A stretch of 64,000 nt of DNA from an uncultured Candidatus Rokubacteria bacterium (GCA_963708025.1 CAVPSB010000014.1:128001-192000), one strand, 5' to 3'. Shown: positions 31,718-40,642, counted from the first letter of the stretch. A program made the numbers and translations. Notes: generated from the letters alone by a model not told the origin.

Positions 31718-32665
31718 TCAGCCGACCGGTCGCAGGGCAGGGAGCCGCCGCCAGAGGTAACGGTCGAACTCGGAGGCGCTCTCCGGCAAAGGGACCGGGA
31801 CCCGGTGCGCCGGCCCGAAGGCGGGACTGTCCTGGACCCAGGCCGCGAAGAGCTCGGCCAGCCCGTGCGCGAAGCCGAGCGGGCTCCCCGGCACCGGCCG
31901 CGCGGCCACCCGGATGAAGCGGAGCCGCCCGAGTCGCTCCGCGCAGTGCTGCCGCGTCCGCTCGGTGAAGGCCGTGACGAACTGCTCCATCTCGTCGAGC
32001 GGCGTGCTCGCGGTCGCGAGGTCCCACTTCGTGAAGACGACGTCGACGAAGGACGACCGGCCCAGCATCTCCGCGTCCAGGCAGCTCCGGACGAGCAGCG
32101 CCGCGTCGTTCGCCGTCGTGAACCGGTGCTGCCGTTGCCCCAGCCTCGCCCCGTCCACGAGGATGACGAAGTGGTCGGCCCGGCGACTCAGGGTCATCCG
32201 GCGGCACTCGTCGGTGGAGTCCTTGGCCAGCCGGACCAGGTCCCCCGGGATCTCCGTCAGCAACAGGTCCCGCCCCGGCCCGTCCAGGGCGGCGGGCCGG
32301 ACCCGGAGGTGGAGCCACCGTGGCTCGGCGGTGGCCGCCGTCCGAGCGGTATCGGGAGTCACCCGCCCGGACTCGATGCGGGCCAGGTGACAGCGCCGCT
32401 CGAAGCCGAGCAGGCTCCGGGAGCCCGCGAAGAGGTAGCCGGCGAACGGCCCACGCTGGAAGGACTCGTAGAGGGTCGTGAGTAGCATCGTCTTGCCGCT
32501 GTCCGGCGGACCGGCCAGGACGACCACCCGGGTGACGGCGGCGCGCACCAAGCTCTCGGCGGCCGCCAGCCCGAGATCCCCCCCATCCGGCAGCTCCAGC
32601 CAGTTACCGAGCTGAACGGACTCGCTCCTCGTTACCCCATCACCCGATGACCGACCCTCACTCAC
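31718..32665 (-). CDS. TRAFAC-clade GTPase (double-GTPase 2-like)
   Basis: G1 GPPDSGKT, FAGSRSLLGFERRCH, G3-like EIPGD, G4 TKWD; GTG 32665 with SD GAGGT. Confidence 0.82.
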   Translation of the reverse strand: MSEGRSSGDGVTRSESVQLGNWLELPDGGDLGLAAAESLVRAAVTRVVVLAGPPDSGKTMLLTTLYESFQRGPFAGYLFAGSRSLLGFERRCHLARIESGRVTPDTARTAATAEPRWLHLRVRPAALDGPGRDLLLTEIPGDLVRLAKDSTDECRRMTLSRRADHFVILVDGARLGQRQHRFTTANDAALLVRSCLDAEMLGRSSFVDVVFTKWDLATASTPLDEMEQFVTAFTERTRQHCAERLGRLRFIRVAARPVPGSPLGFAHGLAELFAAWVQDSPAFGPAHRVPVPLPESASEFDRYLWRRLPALRPVG

Positions 32666-32679
32666 GGGGCAACCTCGCT

Positions 32680-32901
32680 GGGGCAGGGCCGAGGAGCGAG
32701 CAGCGCCCACAGGCCGAAGGCCGTCCAATGGACGCAGGGAGTCGCCGACCGGAGGCGTACTCCTCGTACGCCGAGGATCGGCGACGACCCCAAAGGCCGA
32801 AGGCCGTCCGAACGACGACCGTAGGTCGGGACGGACGCGAGGCCGCAGGCCGAGCGCGTCCCGACCGAGATGAACGTTGCGAAGCTCATCGGCCCTGCCC
32901 C
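32680..32901. mobile_element. MITE/REP-composite-like 222-bp element
   Basis: Terminal inverted repeats ggggcagggccga (32680-32692 / 32889-32901, extending to 18 bp with 1 mismatch); internal 16-bp direct repeats and nested hairpins. Confidence 0.6.
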
Positions 32902-32902
32902 C

Positions 32903-34069
32903 TCAGGACTGGCGCGTCAGGGCCCCTATGAAGAGCGCCTCCTCGTACACCTGCGTGGCCAGGTCCAGCGGACCCACCTGGGCGTAGAGGTTGACGCCCG
33001 TGACCTTGCGCACCGACGGGACCCAGTCATCGGGGCCGTCGCTGTCGATCGAGCGCCGCACGGCGCAGATCACGGGGCAGAGGTCCTCCACTGGCTCCGC
33101 GTTCAGGCCTGCCAGCCAGCGGCTCCGCCACTCCCGCGGCGCCTCGTTCACCGCCTGGTGCACCGTGGTTCCCCCCCGCAGCTCGCGCTCGACGACCCGG
33201 AGCATCTTGTCGAGCACGCCCATCGCCGCCAGCGGGCCGGGCAACACGTCGGTGAGGTCGGCCAGCTCCTTGCCGGCCACCAGGCACGCGGCCGGCAGCG
33301 GCAAGGCGGCCATCGCGTGCCCCAGGTCACGGCTGTGCTCGGCGAACAGCCACCACAGGATGTTCGTCTCCTCGCGCTGGAGCCGGAGCCGCTCCGCGTG
33401 CTCCTGCGTCACCTCGGCCGCGGCGGCCGCGATCTCGAGCAGGGCCGAGGCGACGTTCTGGATCGCCTCCATGGCGTTCCCGGTGGCGAAGGCCTGCTTC
33501 GTCTGCCCGACCGACTGGAAGGGCTCCAGGACGCGGTCGAAGTCGGCGTCCCGCGCCGGCTTGCCCGACGCTCCCGACGACCGGGGCTCCAGGAGGCCCT
33601 CCAGGTCGACGCTGGGTCGGGTCAGGCTCTTGACGTGCTTCGGGGCGCGGAGGCCGCCCGAGCGCGCCGCCAGGTAGCTCCGCGACTCGCGCAGGATGTC
33701 GGCCACTCGCTCCCCGGGGCGGAGCCCGCGGCAGTCGGCGCACGCCATGGCCAGTGCAGCCATGTCCGCCACCGGCCCGCTCCGGACGTCGAGGAGCGAG
33801 ACGATGGTGGCTCCGGCCAGCACCCGGAGCTCGGCGTCGTTGTCGCGCATCGGGAAGGTCAGGTCCCGCGTCTTGAAGCTGTCGCGGTACCGCTCGACGA
33901 AGCGGTGGTCGGTGCGTGGGGAGCCGTAGAAGAGGCGCACGACCTCCAGGGCCTCGGCGGCGTCGAGCGAGTAGACGAGGCTCGAGATCGCCTCCCACCG
34001 CTTGGCCAGGACGTCGGGCTGGGGCTCGATCGCGGCGGTGCGGTACCAATCCGCAAAGTATCGGTGCAA
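32903..34069 (-). CDS. GASH-like all-helical GTPase-associated protein
   Basis: FADWY, LREETNILWW-type motif (QREETNILWWLF), AGKELADLT..LPGP, LATQVYEEALF; directly upstream of two GTPases. Confidence 0.75.
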   Translation of the reverse strand: MHRYFADWYRTAAIEPQPDVLAKRWEAISSLVYSLDAAEALEVVRLFYGSPRTDHRFVERYRDSFKTRDLTFPMRDNDAELRVLAGATIVSLLDVRSGPVADMAALAMACADCRGLRPGERVADILRESRSYLAARSGGLRAPKHVKSLTRPSVDLEGLLEPRSSGASGKPARDADFDRVLEPFQSVGQTKQAFATGNAMEAIQNVASALLEIAAAAAEVTQEHAERLRLQREETNILWWLFAEHSRDLGHAMAALPLPAACLVAGKELADLTDVLPGPLAAMGVLDKMLRVVERELRGGTTVHQAVNEAPREWRSRWLAGLNAEPVEDLCPVICAVRRSIDSDGPDDWVPSVRKVTGVNLYAQVGPLDLATQVYEEALFIGALTRQS

Positions 34070-34081
34070 GATCGTGCCCTC

Positions 34082-34321
34082 CTACGCGGCTCCGAAAGGA
34101 TTGGAGGTTGTGTCGCCGTCAGGATGCAGCGCCTCGACCTCGCGCCACACCCCGGCCAGCATGTTCCCCTCCCTGGCTCTCCGGAAGAACCGACGAAACC
34201 GCTCCATGTCGGAGACGCCGCCGTCGTCGGGCTCGGCCAGCCCCAGGGCTTCGATCACCACCATGCGCTGCTGGTGCGGAAGGGAGAAGAACCGGTAGAC
34301 GAGCCGTCTACCCGGATCCAC
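34082..34321 (-). CDS. Stand-alone GAAD-like adaptor domain protein
   Basis: 79 aa, RLVYRFFSLP..QR..V...LGL....D.......F..FF.RA.E..ML..VW.EV; first gene of the GTPase operon. Confidence 0.62.
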   Translation of the reverse strand: MDPGRRLVYRFFSLPHQQRMVVIEALGLAEPDDGGVSDMERFRRFFRRAREGNMLAGVWREVEALHPDGDTTSNPFGAA

Positions 34322-34446
34322 GGGGGCCCTCGCGGCTGTCGTCGCCGTCCCTCATTGCGTGACGATTATGCTCCCGAAGGGAGCCTGTCATAAACAAAAA
34401 CCCTCCGCCTGTGGCCCGCGGCCGGCTCGCCGCCTGTGAAGCAAAT

Positions 34447-34590
34447 GCCGACGGTTCCCGTGCCGTCGCCCGTCGGCTTCTCGCAACCCTCGGGCTCTGG
34501 CCACGCGGCCGTGGCGTTCCACTTCGAGCCGCGGCTTCTCCGCGGCCTCCGAGGGGGGAATCGGGGGGGTCTTCCGAGACCCCCCCCGGA
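34447..34590. repeat. Intergenic hairpin cluster (REP-like)
   Basis: gccgacgg..ccgtcggc, gccgcgg..ccgcggc and gggggggtc..gaccccccc inverted repeats. Confidence 0.45.
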
Positions 34591-34595
34591 TCCTG

Positions 34596-35432
34596 TCATC
34601 GGGGCGAGCGCAGCGCCGGGTCGAGCGCGTCGCGGAGCCCGTCCCCGAAGAGGTTGAAGCCGAGCACGGTGAGGAAGATGGCCAGCCCCGGGAAGGTGGC
34701 GATCCACCAGGCGGAGGCCAGGAACTGGCGGCCCTCGACGACCATGTTGCCCCAGCTCGGGAGCGGCGGCTGGGCGCCCAGGCCCAGGTAGCTCAGGCCC
34801 GACTCGATGAGGATCGTCTGGCCGAGCAGGAGCGTGGCCTGGACGATGATGACGGGCAGGGCGTTGACCAGGAGGTGGCGGCCGAGGATCCGCCGGTGGC
34901 TGGCGCCGAGGGCGCGGGCGGCGTCCACGAACTCGCGGGCCCGGAGGCTCAGGCACTCGCCGCGGACGACGCGGGCGACGGGCGCCCAGGTGACGAGCCC
35001 GACGACGAGCGCGGTGTTGGCGACGCTGGCGCCGTAGAGGGCGACGACGACCAGGATGAGGAAGAGGGAGGGCACCGCCAGGAAGACGTCGGCGACGCGC
35101 ATGAGGCCGGTGTCCACCGGGCCCGCGAAGTAGCCGGCGGCGCCGCCGAGCGCGGTCCCGACCAGGATCGACAGGCCGGTGGCGACGAAGCCGATCTCGA
35201 GCGACACGCGACTCCCCCAGATGACCCGCGTGAGCACGTCGCGCCCGTAGCCGTCGGTCCCGAGCCAGTGACTCCCGCTCGGCGCCTGGAGCCGCTGGAG
35301 CAGGGATTGGGTCGAGTAGCTGTAGGGCGCGATGGCCGAGGCCAGGACGCCGGTCACGACCATGAGCGCCACCACGATCCCCCCCAGGAGGCCCCGGCGG
35401 TGGTGGAGCAGGCGCGCCGCCGCCGCCCTCAC
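34596..35432 (-). CDS. ABC transporter permease (DppC/OppC-like)
   Basis: HWLGTDGYGRDVL, EFVDAARALGA, ESGLSYLGLG..PSWG. Confidence 0.9.
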   Translation of the reverse strand: MRAAAARLLHHRRGLLGGIVVALMVVTGVLASAIAPYSYSTQSLLQRLQAPSGSHWLGTDGYGRDVLTRVIWGSRVSLEIGFVATGLSILVGTALGGAAGYFAGPVDTGLMRVADVFLAVPSLFLILVVVALYGASVANTALVVGLVTWAPVARVVRGECLSLRAREFVDAARALGASHRRILGRHLLVNALPVIIVQATLLLGQTILIESGLSYLGLGAQPPLPSWGNMVVEGRQFLASAWWIATFPGLAIFLTVLGFNLFGDGLRDALDPALRSPR

Positions 35433-36379
35433 CGGTAAGAGATCCGCGGATCGATCAGGCAGTACACGAGGTCGGTCAGCAGATTCGCCGTGATCACGAT
35501 CGCCCCCACCAGCAGGTTGACGCCCATGATCACCGGATAGTCCCGCTCGAAGACCGCCCCGACCGCCAGCCGCCCGATCCCGGGCCAGGCGAAGACGGTC
35601 TCGGTGAGGACGGCGCCGCCGACCAGGGTCGGCAGCGACAGGCCGACCACGGTGACGACGGGAATGAGCGCGTTGCGGAGGGCGTGGCGCCAGACGACGC
35701 GCCCGCCGGACAGCCCCTTCGCCCGGGCGGTGCGCACGTAGTCCTGGCGGAGGGCCTCCAGCAGGCTCGACCGGGTGAAGCGCATGAACGCCGCCATCTG
35801 GATCAGGCCGAGGGTCAGGGTGGGGAGGATCGCGTGGCGGAGGCGCGCGGCCAGGTCGCCCTCCCGGCCGTACTCGCTGAGCCCCGACGGCGGGAGCCAG
35901 CGCAGCAATTCGGAGAAGAGGAGGATCAGCATGATCCCCAGCCAGAAGCTCGGGAACGAGATGCCGAAGAGCGAGACCGCCGAGCCGAGCGTGTCCCAGA
36001 CCGTGTTCCGCCGGACCGCGGCCAGGACGCCCAGCGGGACGGCGACCACGAGGGCGAGGGCGAGGGCCCCGCCGGTGAGCTGGAGCGTGGAGGGCAAGCG
36101 GTCCCAGATCAGCGTGGCCACCGGGTCGCCGGTCTTGAAGGAGCGCCCGAGGTCGCCCTGGAGCGCGGCCAGGGCCCAGCTTCCGTACTGGACCAGGAGC
36201 GGCCGGTCGAGACCGAGCCGGTGGCGGATGCGGGCGGCCACCTCCTGGGAGAACTCGCCGCCGATGAGGACCGCCTCGGGGCCGCCGGGGGCCAGCCGCA
36301 TCAGGGTGAAGAGGATGAGCGACACCCCGATCAGCATGAGGGCGGCGAATCCGAGCCGCTTGACGATGTAGCGCGTCAG
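35429..36379 (-). CDS. ABC transporter permease (DppB/OppB-like)
   Basis: LTRYIVKRL (CTG start assumed), DYVRTARAKGL, ETVFAWPG, IDPRISY. Confidence 0.88.
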   Translation of the reverse strand: MTRYIVKRLGFAALMLIGVSLILFTLMRLAPGGPEAVLIGGEFSQEVAARIRHRLGLDRPLLVQYGSWALAALQGDLGRSFKTGDPVATLIWDRLPSTLQLTGGALALALVVAVPLGVLAAVRRNTVWDTLGSAVSLFGISFPSFWLGIMLILLFSELLRWLPPSGLSEYGREGDLAARLRHAILPTLTLGLIQMAAFMRFTRSSLLEALRQDYVRTARAKGLSGGRVVWRHALRNALIPVVTVVGLSLPTLVGGAVLTETVFAWPGIGRLAVGAVFERDYPVIMGVNLLVGAIVITANLLTDLVYCLIDPRISYR

Positions 36380-36398
36380 GCTCCCTGCCCTCCGGGAC

Positions 36399-36487
36399 CT
36401 TCGGGACCTCCCACCCACCCGATCTTTCGAAGGCCTTCGGCCCTTGGCCCCCTCCCCCACCCACCGGGGGGAGGGGGGCGTCGGGAG
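36399..36487. repeat. Intergenic palindromic repeat (family shared with 18255-18342)
   Basis: ttcgggacctcccacccaccc...ggccttcggcc...ggggggagggg..gtcgg. Confidence 0.55.
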
Positions 36488-36530
36488 AGGGCGGCTTCCT
36501 CGCCTCCGCGTGCGGTGAGGGAGAGGAACT

Positions 36531-37952
36531 CTAGGCCGCTAGCGTGCCGATCAGGGTGGTCGCGGTGACCCGCTCGACGCGTACTGAGACCAGCTCGCCG
36601 ATGCGCGAGTCGGGCCCGTCAGAGACGACGTTGACGTTGGTGCGGGTGTGGCCCGCGAGCTGGCCGCGCCGGTTCCGCTCCTCGACGAGCACCTCGACCT
36701 CCCGCTCCACCCAGCGCTCGAGCTTCCGCCGGGAGATCCCGGCCTGGAGCGCGAGGATGGCCTGGTTGCGCGCCTCCTTGACGGCCCGGGGCACGTCGTC
36801 CGCCCACGTCGCCGCCTCGGTGCCCGGGCGGGGCGAGTACTTGAAGACGAAGGCGCTGTCGTACTCGATGGCCGCCATCAGGGCGGTCGTCGCCTCGAAG
36901 TCGGACTCCGTCTCGCCGGGGAAGCCGACGATGATGTCGGTCGAGAGCGCGACGTCCGGGACCAGCGCCCGAAGCCGCGCGACCTTGGCCGTGTACGACT
37001 CGACCGTGTAGCCGCGGCGCATCGCGCGGAGGACCCGGTCGGAGCCCGACTGGATCGGTAGGTGGAGGAACTCGCAGACCGCCCGGCAGTCGGCCATCGC
37101 CCGGAAGAGCTCCTCGTGAGCGTCGAAGGGGTGGCTCGTCGTGAACTTGACCCGCTCGATCGACGTCTTCGCGTCGATCTGCCGGAGGAGCGTCGGGAAG
37201 TCGACCAGCCGCGGCGTGTCGTCCCCGCCGCCGTCGCCGGCCGCCTCGGCCAGGAGCTGCCGCCGGAGGGCCGGCCCCCGGTAGCCCGAGCCGTCGGGGA
37301 ACCGCTTGCCGTACGAGTTCACGTTCTGGCCCAGGAGGGTGACTTGCCGGTAACCGGCGCGGGCGAGCTGCTGCACCTCCTCCAGGACCTCGCCGAGCGG
37401 CCGTGACACCTCCTGCCCCCGGGTCATCGGCACGATGCAGTAGGCACACCGCTTGTCGCAGCCTTCCATGATCGTGACGAACGCGGTGGCGCCCGGGCGC
37501 CGCCAGTCGCCGGCCGGCCGCCGGTCGAGTGGGCGCACCGCCCGGTCGACCGCCAGGATCTGCGCGCCCACCGGATCCACGGCACCCTGGCGCGACTCGG
37601 CCACCCGGGCCAGGAGATCGGGCAGGTCGTAGATCTCGGCCGGGCCGGCGACCAGGTCGACCTGGGGCAGCCGCCGGAAGACCTCCTCCCGCTGGGCCTT
37701 CGCCATGCAGCCGAGGATGCCGAGGACGAGGTCGGGGCGCTCGCGCTTCCGCTGCTGGAGGATGGCCATCTTCCCGAACGCCCGCTCCTCGGCGTGGGCC
37801 CGCACCGAGCAGGTATTGAGGAGGACGACGTCGGCCTCGTCCTCGCGCGCGACGGGCGTGTAGCCCTGGGCGGTCAGGATCCCGAGGATCTCCTCGGAGT
37901 CGCGCTCGTTCATCTGACAGCCGTAGGTCTGGAGATAGACGCGCCGGCTCAT
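36531..37952 (-). CDS. miaB: tRNA-2-methylthio-N6-dimethylallyladenosine synthase MiaB
   Basis: TYGCQMN, NTCSVR, GCMA, radical SAM C-x3-C-x2-C (GCDKRCAYC), STDIIVGFPGET, TRAM domain. Confidence 0.95.
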   Translation of the reverse strand: MSRRVYLQTYGCQMNERDSEEILGILTAQGYTPVAREDEADVVLLNTCSVRAHAEERAFGKMAILQQRKRERPDLVLGILGCMAKAQREEVFRRLPQVDLVAGPAEIYDLPDLLARVAESRQGAVDPVGAQILAVDRAVRPLDRRPAGDWRRPGATAFVTIMEGCDKRCAYCIVPMTRGQEVSRPLGEVLEEVQQLARAGYRQVTLLGQNVNSYGKRFPDGSGYRGPALRRQLLAEAAGDGGGDDTPRLVDFPTLLRQIDAKTSIERVKFTTSHPFDAHEELFRAMADCRAVCEFLHLPIQSGSDRVLRAMRRGYTVESYTAKVARLRALVPDVALSTDIIVGFPGETESDFEATTALMAAIEYDSAFVFKYSPRPGTEAATWADDVPRAVKEARNQAILALQAGISRRKLERWVEREVEVLVEERNRRGQLAGHTRTNVNVVSDGPDSRIGELVSVRVERVTATTLIGTLAA

Positions 37953-38020
37953 CGAGCTTCGATTGTAGCAGAGGGATCCCCGCGGCGCGGGAGCCGGCCG
38001 GCCGGGACCCGGCGGCTCCT

Positions 38021-38962
38021 CTAGAGCGCCACGCCGAGCGCGAACAGGAACGAGTAGGCGAGCAGGACCTGGCCGGCCTGCGGGCTCATCGGAATCAGCG
38101 CCTCGTGCGTCCGGGCCCGCCAAACCCGCCGCGCGACCAGCAGGCCGTACGGCAGCGACACCAGCGGCAAGAGCACCCACGGGCCGAACCCCGCCCTCAG
38201 CCAGAACCAGAAGGGTATCAGGTAGGCGAACGCCAGCAGCGCGGCGTACTCGATCCGCGTCCAGCTGGCGCCGATGATGACGGCCAGGGTCCGCTCGCCC
38301 TTCGAGCGGTCGTAGTCGAGGTCGCGGATGTTGTCCACGAGCAGGATGGTCGTCGTGAGCGCCCCGACGGCCAGACCGGCGGCCAGGGCCGTCCCCGTCA
38401 CCGTGCCGGCGGGAAGGCCGAGCGTCCACGGCGGGGCGAGCTTCGCGGCCGCCTGCACGTAATAGGAGGCGACGACGGACACCGGACCGAAGAAGATGAG
38501 GAAGAGCGGGTCGCCCAGCCCATGGTCGCCCAGGGGAAAGGGGTTCGAGGAGTACGCGAGACTCGCGGCGGCGCTCGCCAGTCCAACGAGCGCGACCGGG
38601 AGACCGCCGACGTACAGGAGGTAGATCCCGACGAGTGCGGCGCCGACATAGCAGGCGTAGATCGCCCGGCGCAGCTCGGTCATGGTCACGACGCCACGGC
38701 GCAGCGCCTCGACGAAGAGCGCGTGCTCCACGTCATCCGGATGGCGGGTCAGGTTGTGGTAATTGTCCGTGATGACGCCGCCGAGCTGGATGAGCCAGCC
38801 CGACACGAGCGCCGCGAGCGCCGGCCAGGGCGCGAGGATGCCGTCGTGAGCGGCGAGGCCCACGGCCACCGCCACCGGAGCGAGGGCGGTCGGGAGCGTG
38901 TGCCGAGGGTACAGCAGCATCCCCACCCACACGGCGCGGCGGGTGACGACATCCGGACACAT
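38021..38962 (-). CDS. menA: 1,4-dihydroxy-2-naphthoate prenyltransferase (UbiA family)
   Basis: PRHTLP, LVDNIRDL..DR..G.RTLAV, multiple TM helices. Confidence 0.8.
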   Translation of the reverse strand: MCPDVVTRRAVWVGMLLYPRHTLPTALAPVAVAVGLAAHDGILAPWPALAALVSGWLIQLGGVITDNYHNLTRHPDDVEHALFVEALRRGVVTMTELRRAIYACYVGAALVGIYLLYVGGLPVALVGLASAAASLAYSSNPFPLGDHGLGDPLFLIFFGPVSVVASYYVQAAAKLAPPWTLGLPAGTVTGTALAAGLAVGALTTTILLVDNIRDLDYDRSKGERTLAVIIGASWTRIEYAALLAFAYLIPFWFWLRAGFGPWVLLPLVSLPYGLLVARRVWRARTHEALIPMSPQAGQVLLAYSFLFALGVAL

Positions 38963-38995
38963 GACCGTGAGACCGAGCTACTCTACCATGCGGAC

Positions 38996-40435
38996 ATGAG
39001 CCGACCGCCGCCCCGGCATCTGCTGACATCCGTCCGGCTGGGCCCGTACGAGCTGCGGAACCGGATCGCCATGGCGCCGATGACGCGCCGCCGCGCCGGT
39101 CCGGACGGCGCGCCGACATCGGCCACGGCGACCTACTACGCCCAGCGCGCCTCCGCCGGGCTCATCGTCACCGAGGCCAGCCTCGTGTCGGCGATGGGTG
39201 CCAGCTACCCCGGCAGCCCCGCCATCTACTCGGACGCTCAGGCTGCCGCCTGGAGCCGCGTGGCGGGGAGCGTGCACGCCCGCGGCGGACGGATCTTCCT
39301 CCAGCTCTGGCACGCGGGGCGCGTGTCGCATCCGTCCATGCTCCCGGGCTCGGCGGCGCCAGTGGCGCCGTCAGCCATCGCGATCCGGGGGGAGATACGG
39401 ACCGCCTCCGGGACGGAGTCCTTCCCGACGCCACGTGCGCTCGAGCCCTCGGAGATCCGACAGATCGTCGCTCAGTTCGCCATGGGCGCTCGACGGGCGC
39501 GCGAGGCGGGGCTGGACGGCGTGGAGGTTCACGCGGCGCAGGGATACCTGATCGACCAGTTCCTGCGCGACGGGTCCAACACCCGGGTCGACGCCTACGG
39601 CGGGTCTGTCGAGGGTCGCGCGCGGCTACTCCTGGAAGTCCTGGAGGCGGTGTGCGGCGCGTGGAGCCCCGGGTGCGTGGGCGTCCAGCTCTCCCCGACG
39701 AGCTCGCTCAACGACATGCGCGACAGCGATCCGGCCGGGACGTTCGGGCACATCGCCGCGCGGCTGAACGAGTTCGGCCTCGCGTACCTGCACGTCTTCG
39801 AGCCGCTCGGGCCGGAGCCCCCGGAAGCACGGATGACGCCGCGCTTGCGGGCCGCGTTCCGGGGAGCCCTGGTCGCCAACGGCGGCTACCGCGGGGAGAC
39901 CGCGGAGGCCTCGATCGCCTCGGGGGCAGCTGACCTGATCTCGTTTGGCCGCCTGTTCATCGCCAATCCCGACCTGCCCGAGCGCTTCGCAGCCGGCGCT
40001 CCCCTCGACGAGCCCGATCCGACGACCTTCTATGGCGGAGGCGAGCGGGGGTACACGGACTACCCGCCATACCGGCCGCCGGGTGACGAGCCACCGCGCG
40101 CGGTTTCGGCCACGATCGGGCAGTCGACCGGCGGGGACGATCGGATCACGGCTCCTCGGAGTCTGCTCGTCCATCTGCAGCCGCGGGTCCGGAGATGCTC
40201 GCGCGCGGCGACGACTCTGGATCCCTCGACGTGGGCGCTTGGCGCAGACCTTGCTGTGGCACGTTCGCCCGGCGTCGGGCCTTTACGCGGCCTTGACGCG
40301 CCAGGGGATGGTCTTGACACCATCTTGATCCGGCGTGGGCGACACTTTCGTCGTGCAGCTCCCGTAGGGCTGGTGAGGCGACCTGGTTGGATGTCGGCGA
40401 CCGAGGGGATTCCCCCGCGACGAGGTGCGTCATGA
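38996..40435 (+). CDS. Old yellow enzyme alkene reductase (NemA-like); true end probably ~40086
   Basis: NRIAMAPMTRRRA, QLWHAGR, EVHAAQGYLIDQFL, GRLFIANPDL, FYGG..GYTDYP; tail after 40080 is not OYE-like. Confidence 0.88.
   Translation: MSRPPPRHLLTSVRLGPYELRNRIAMAPMTRRRAGPDGAPTSATATYYAQRASAGLIVTEASLVSAMGASYPGSPAIYSDAQAAAWSRVAGSVHARGGRIFLQLWHAGRVSHPSMLPGSAAPVAPSAIAIRGEIRTASGTESFPTPRALEPSEIRQIVAQFAMGARRAREAGLDGVEVHAAQGYLIDQFLRDGSNTRVDAYGGSVEGRARLLLEVLEAVCGAWSPGCVGVQLSPTSSLNDMRDSDPAGTFGHIAARLNEFGLAYLHVFEPLGPEPPEARMTPRLRAAFRGALVANGGYRGETAEASIASGAADLISFGRLFIANPDLPERFAAGAPLDEPDPTTFYGGGERGYTDYPPYRPPGDEPPRAVSATIGQSTGGDDRITAPRSLLVHLQPRVRRCSRAATTLDPSTWALGADLAVARSPGVGPLRGLDAPGDGLDTILIRRGRHFRRAAPVGLVRRPGWMSATEGIPPRRGAS
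40281..40346 (+). promoter_or_regulatory. Four-half-site OmpR/KdpE-type operator plus -10-like hexamer (copy 1)
   Basis: ctttacgc 40281, cttgacgc 40292, cttgacac 40313, cttgatcc 40324; gacact at 40341. Confidence 0.65.
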
Positions 40436-40603
40436 AGACGCTCGAAATCAGCGAAGAGGAGCGGGCCGAGCTGAGGTCCATCGTCACCACCTACCTCTCG
40501 GCACGTGCGGCTGGAGATGGTGGGCACCAACAGCGTCGACTTCCGCGAGGGGCTCGAGCAGCGCGAGACGCTCCTGAAAGGTCTTCTCCGCCAGTTGGGA
40601 TGA
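40432..40603 (+). CDS. Small helical hypothetical protein (~56 aa, one frameshift)
   Basis: SD gaggt; MKTLEISEEERAELRSIVTTYLS / VRLEMVGTNSVDFREGLEQRETLLKGLLRQLG*. Confidence 0.55.
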
Positions 40604-40642
40604 CTGCCGAAAGTGTCGAACCCACGCGATTGGGCATCTGAC

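Noticed and set aside
32700-32870. CRISPR array
   Set aside because: Only two 16-bp repeats, no repeat-spacer periodicity and no cas genes
32662-32889. 75-aa ORF between GASH and GTPase-2
   Set aside because: It lies almost entirely within the palindromic MITE-like element
40087-40435. C-terminal extension domain on the OYE reductase
   Set aside because: Not protein-like and it overlaps a conserved operator/promoter; probably a lost stop codon
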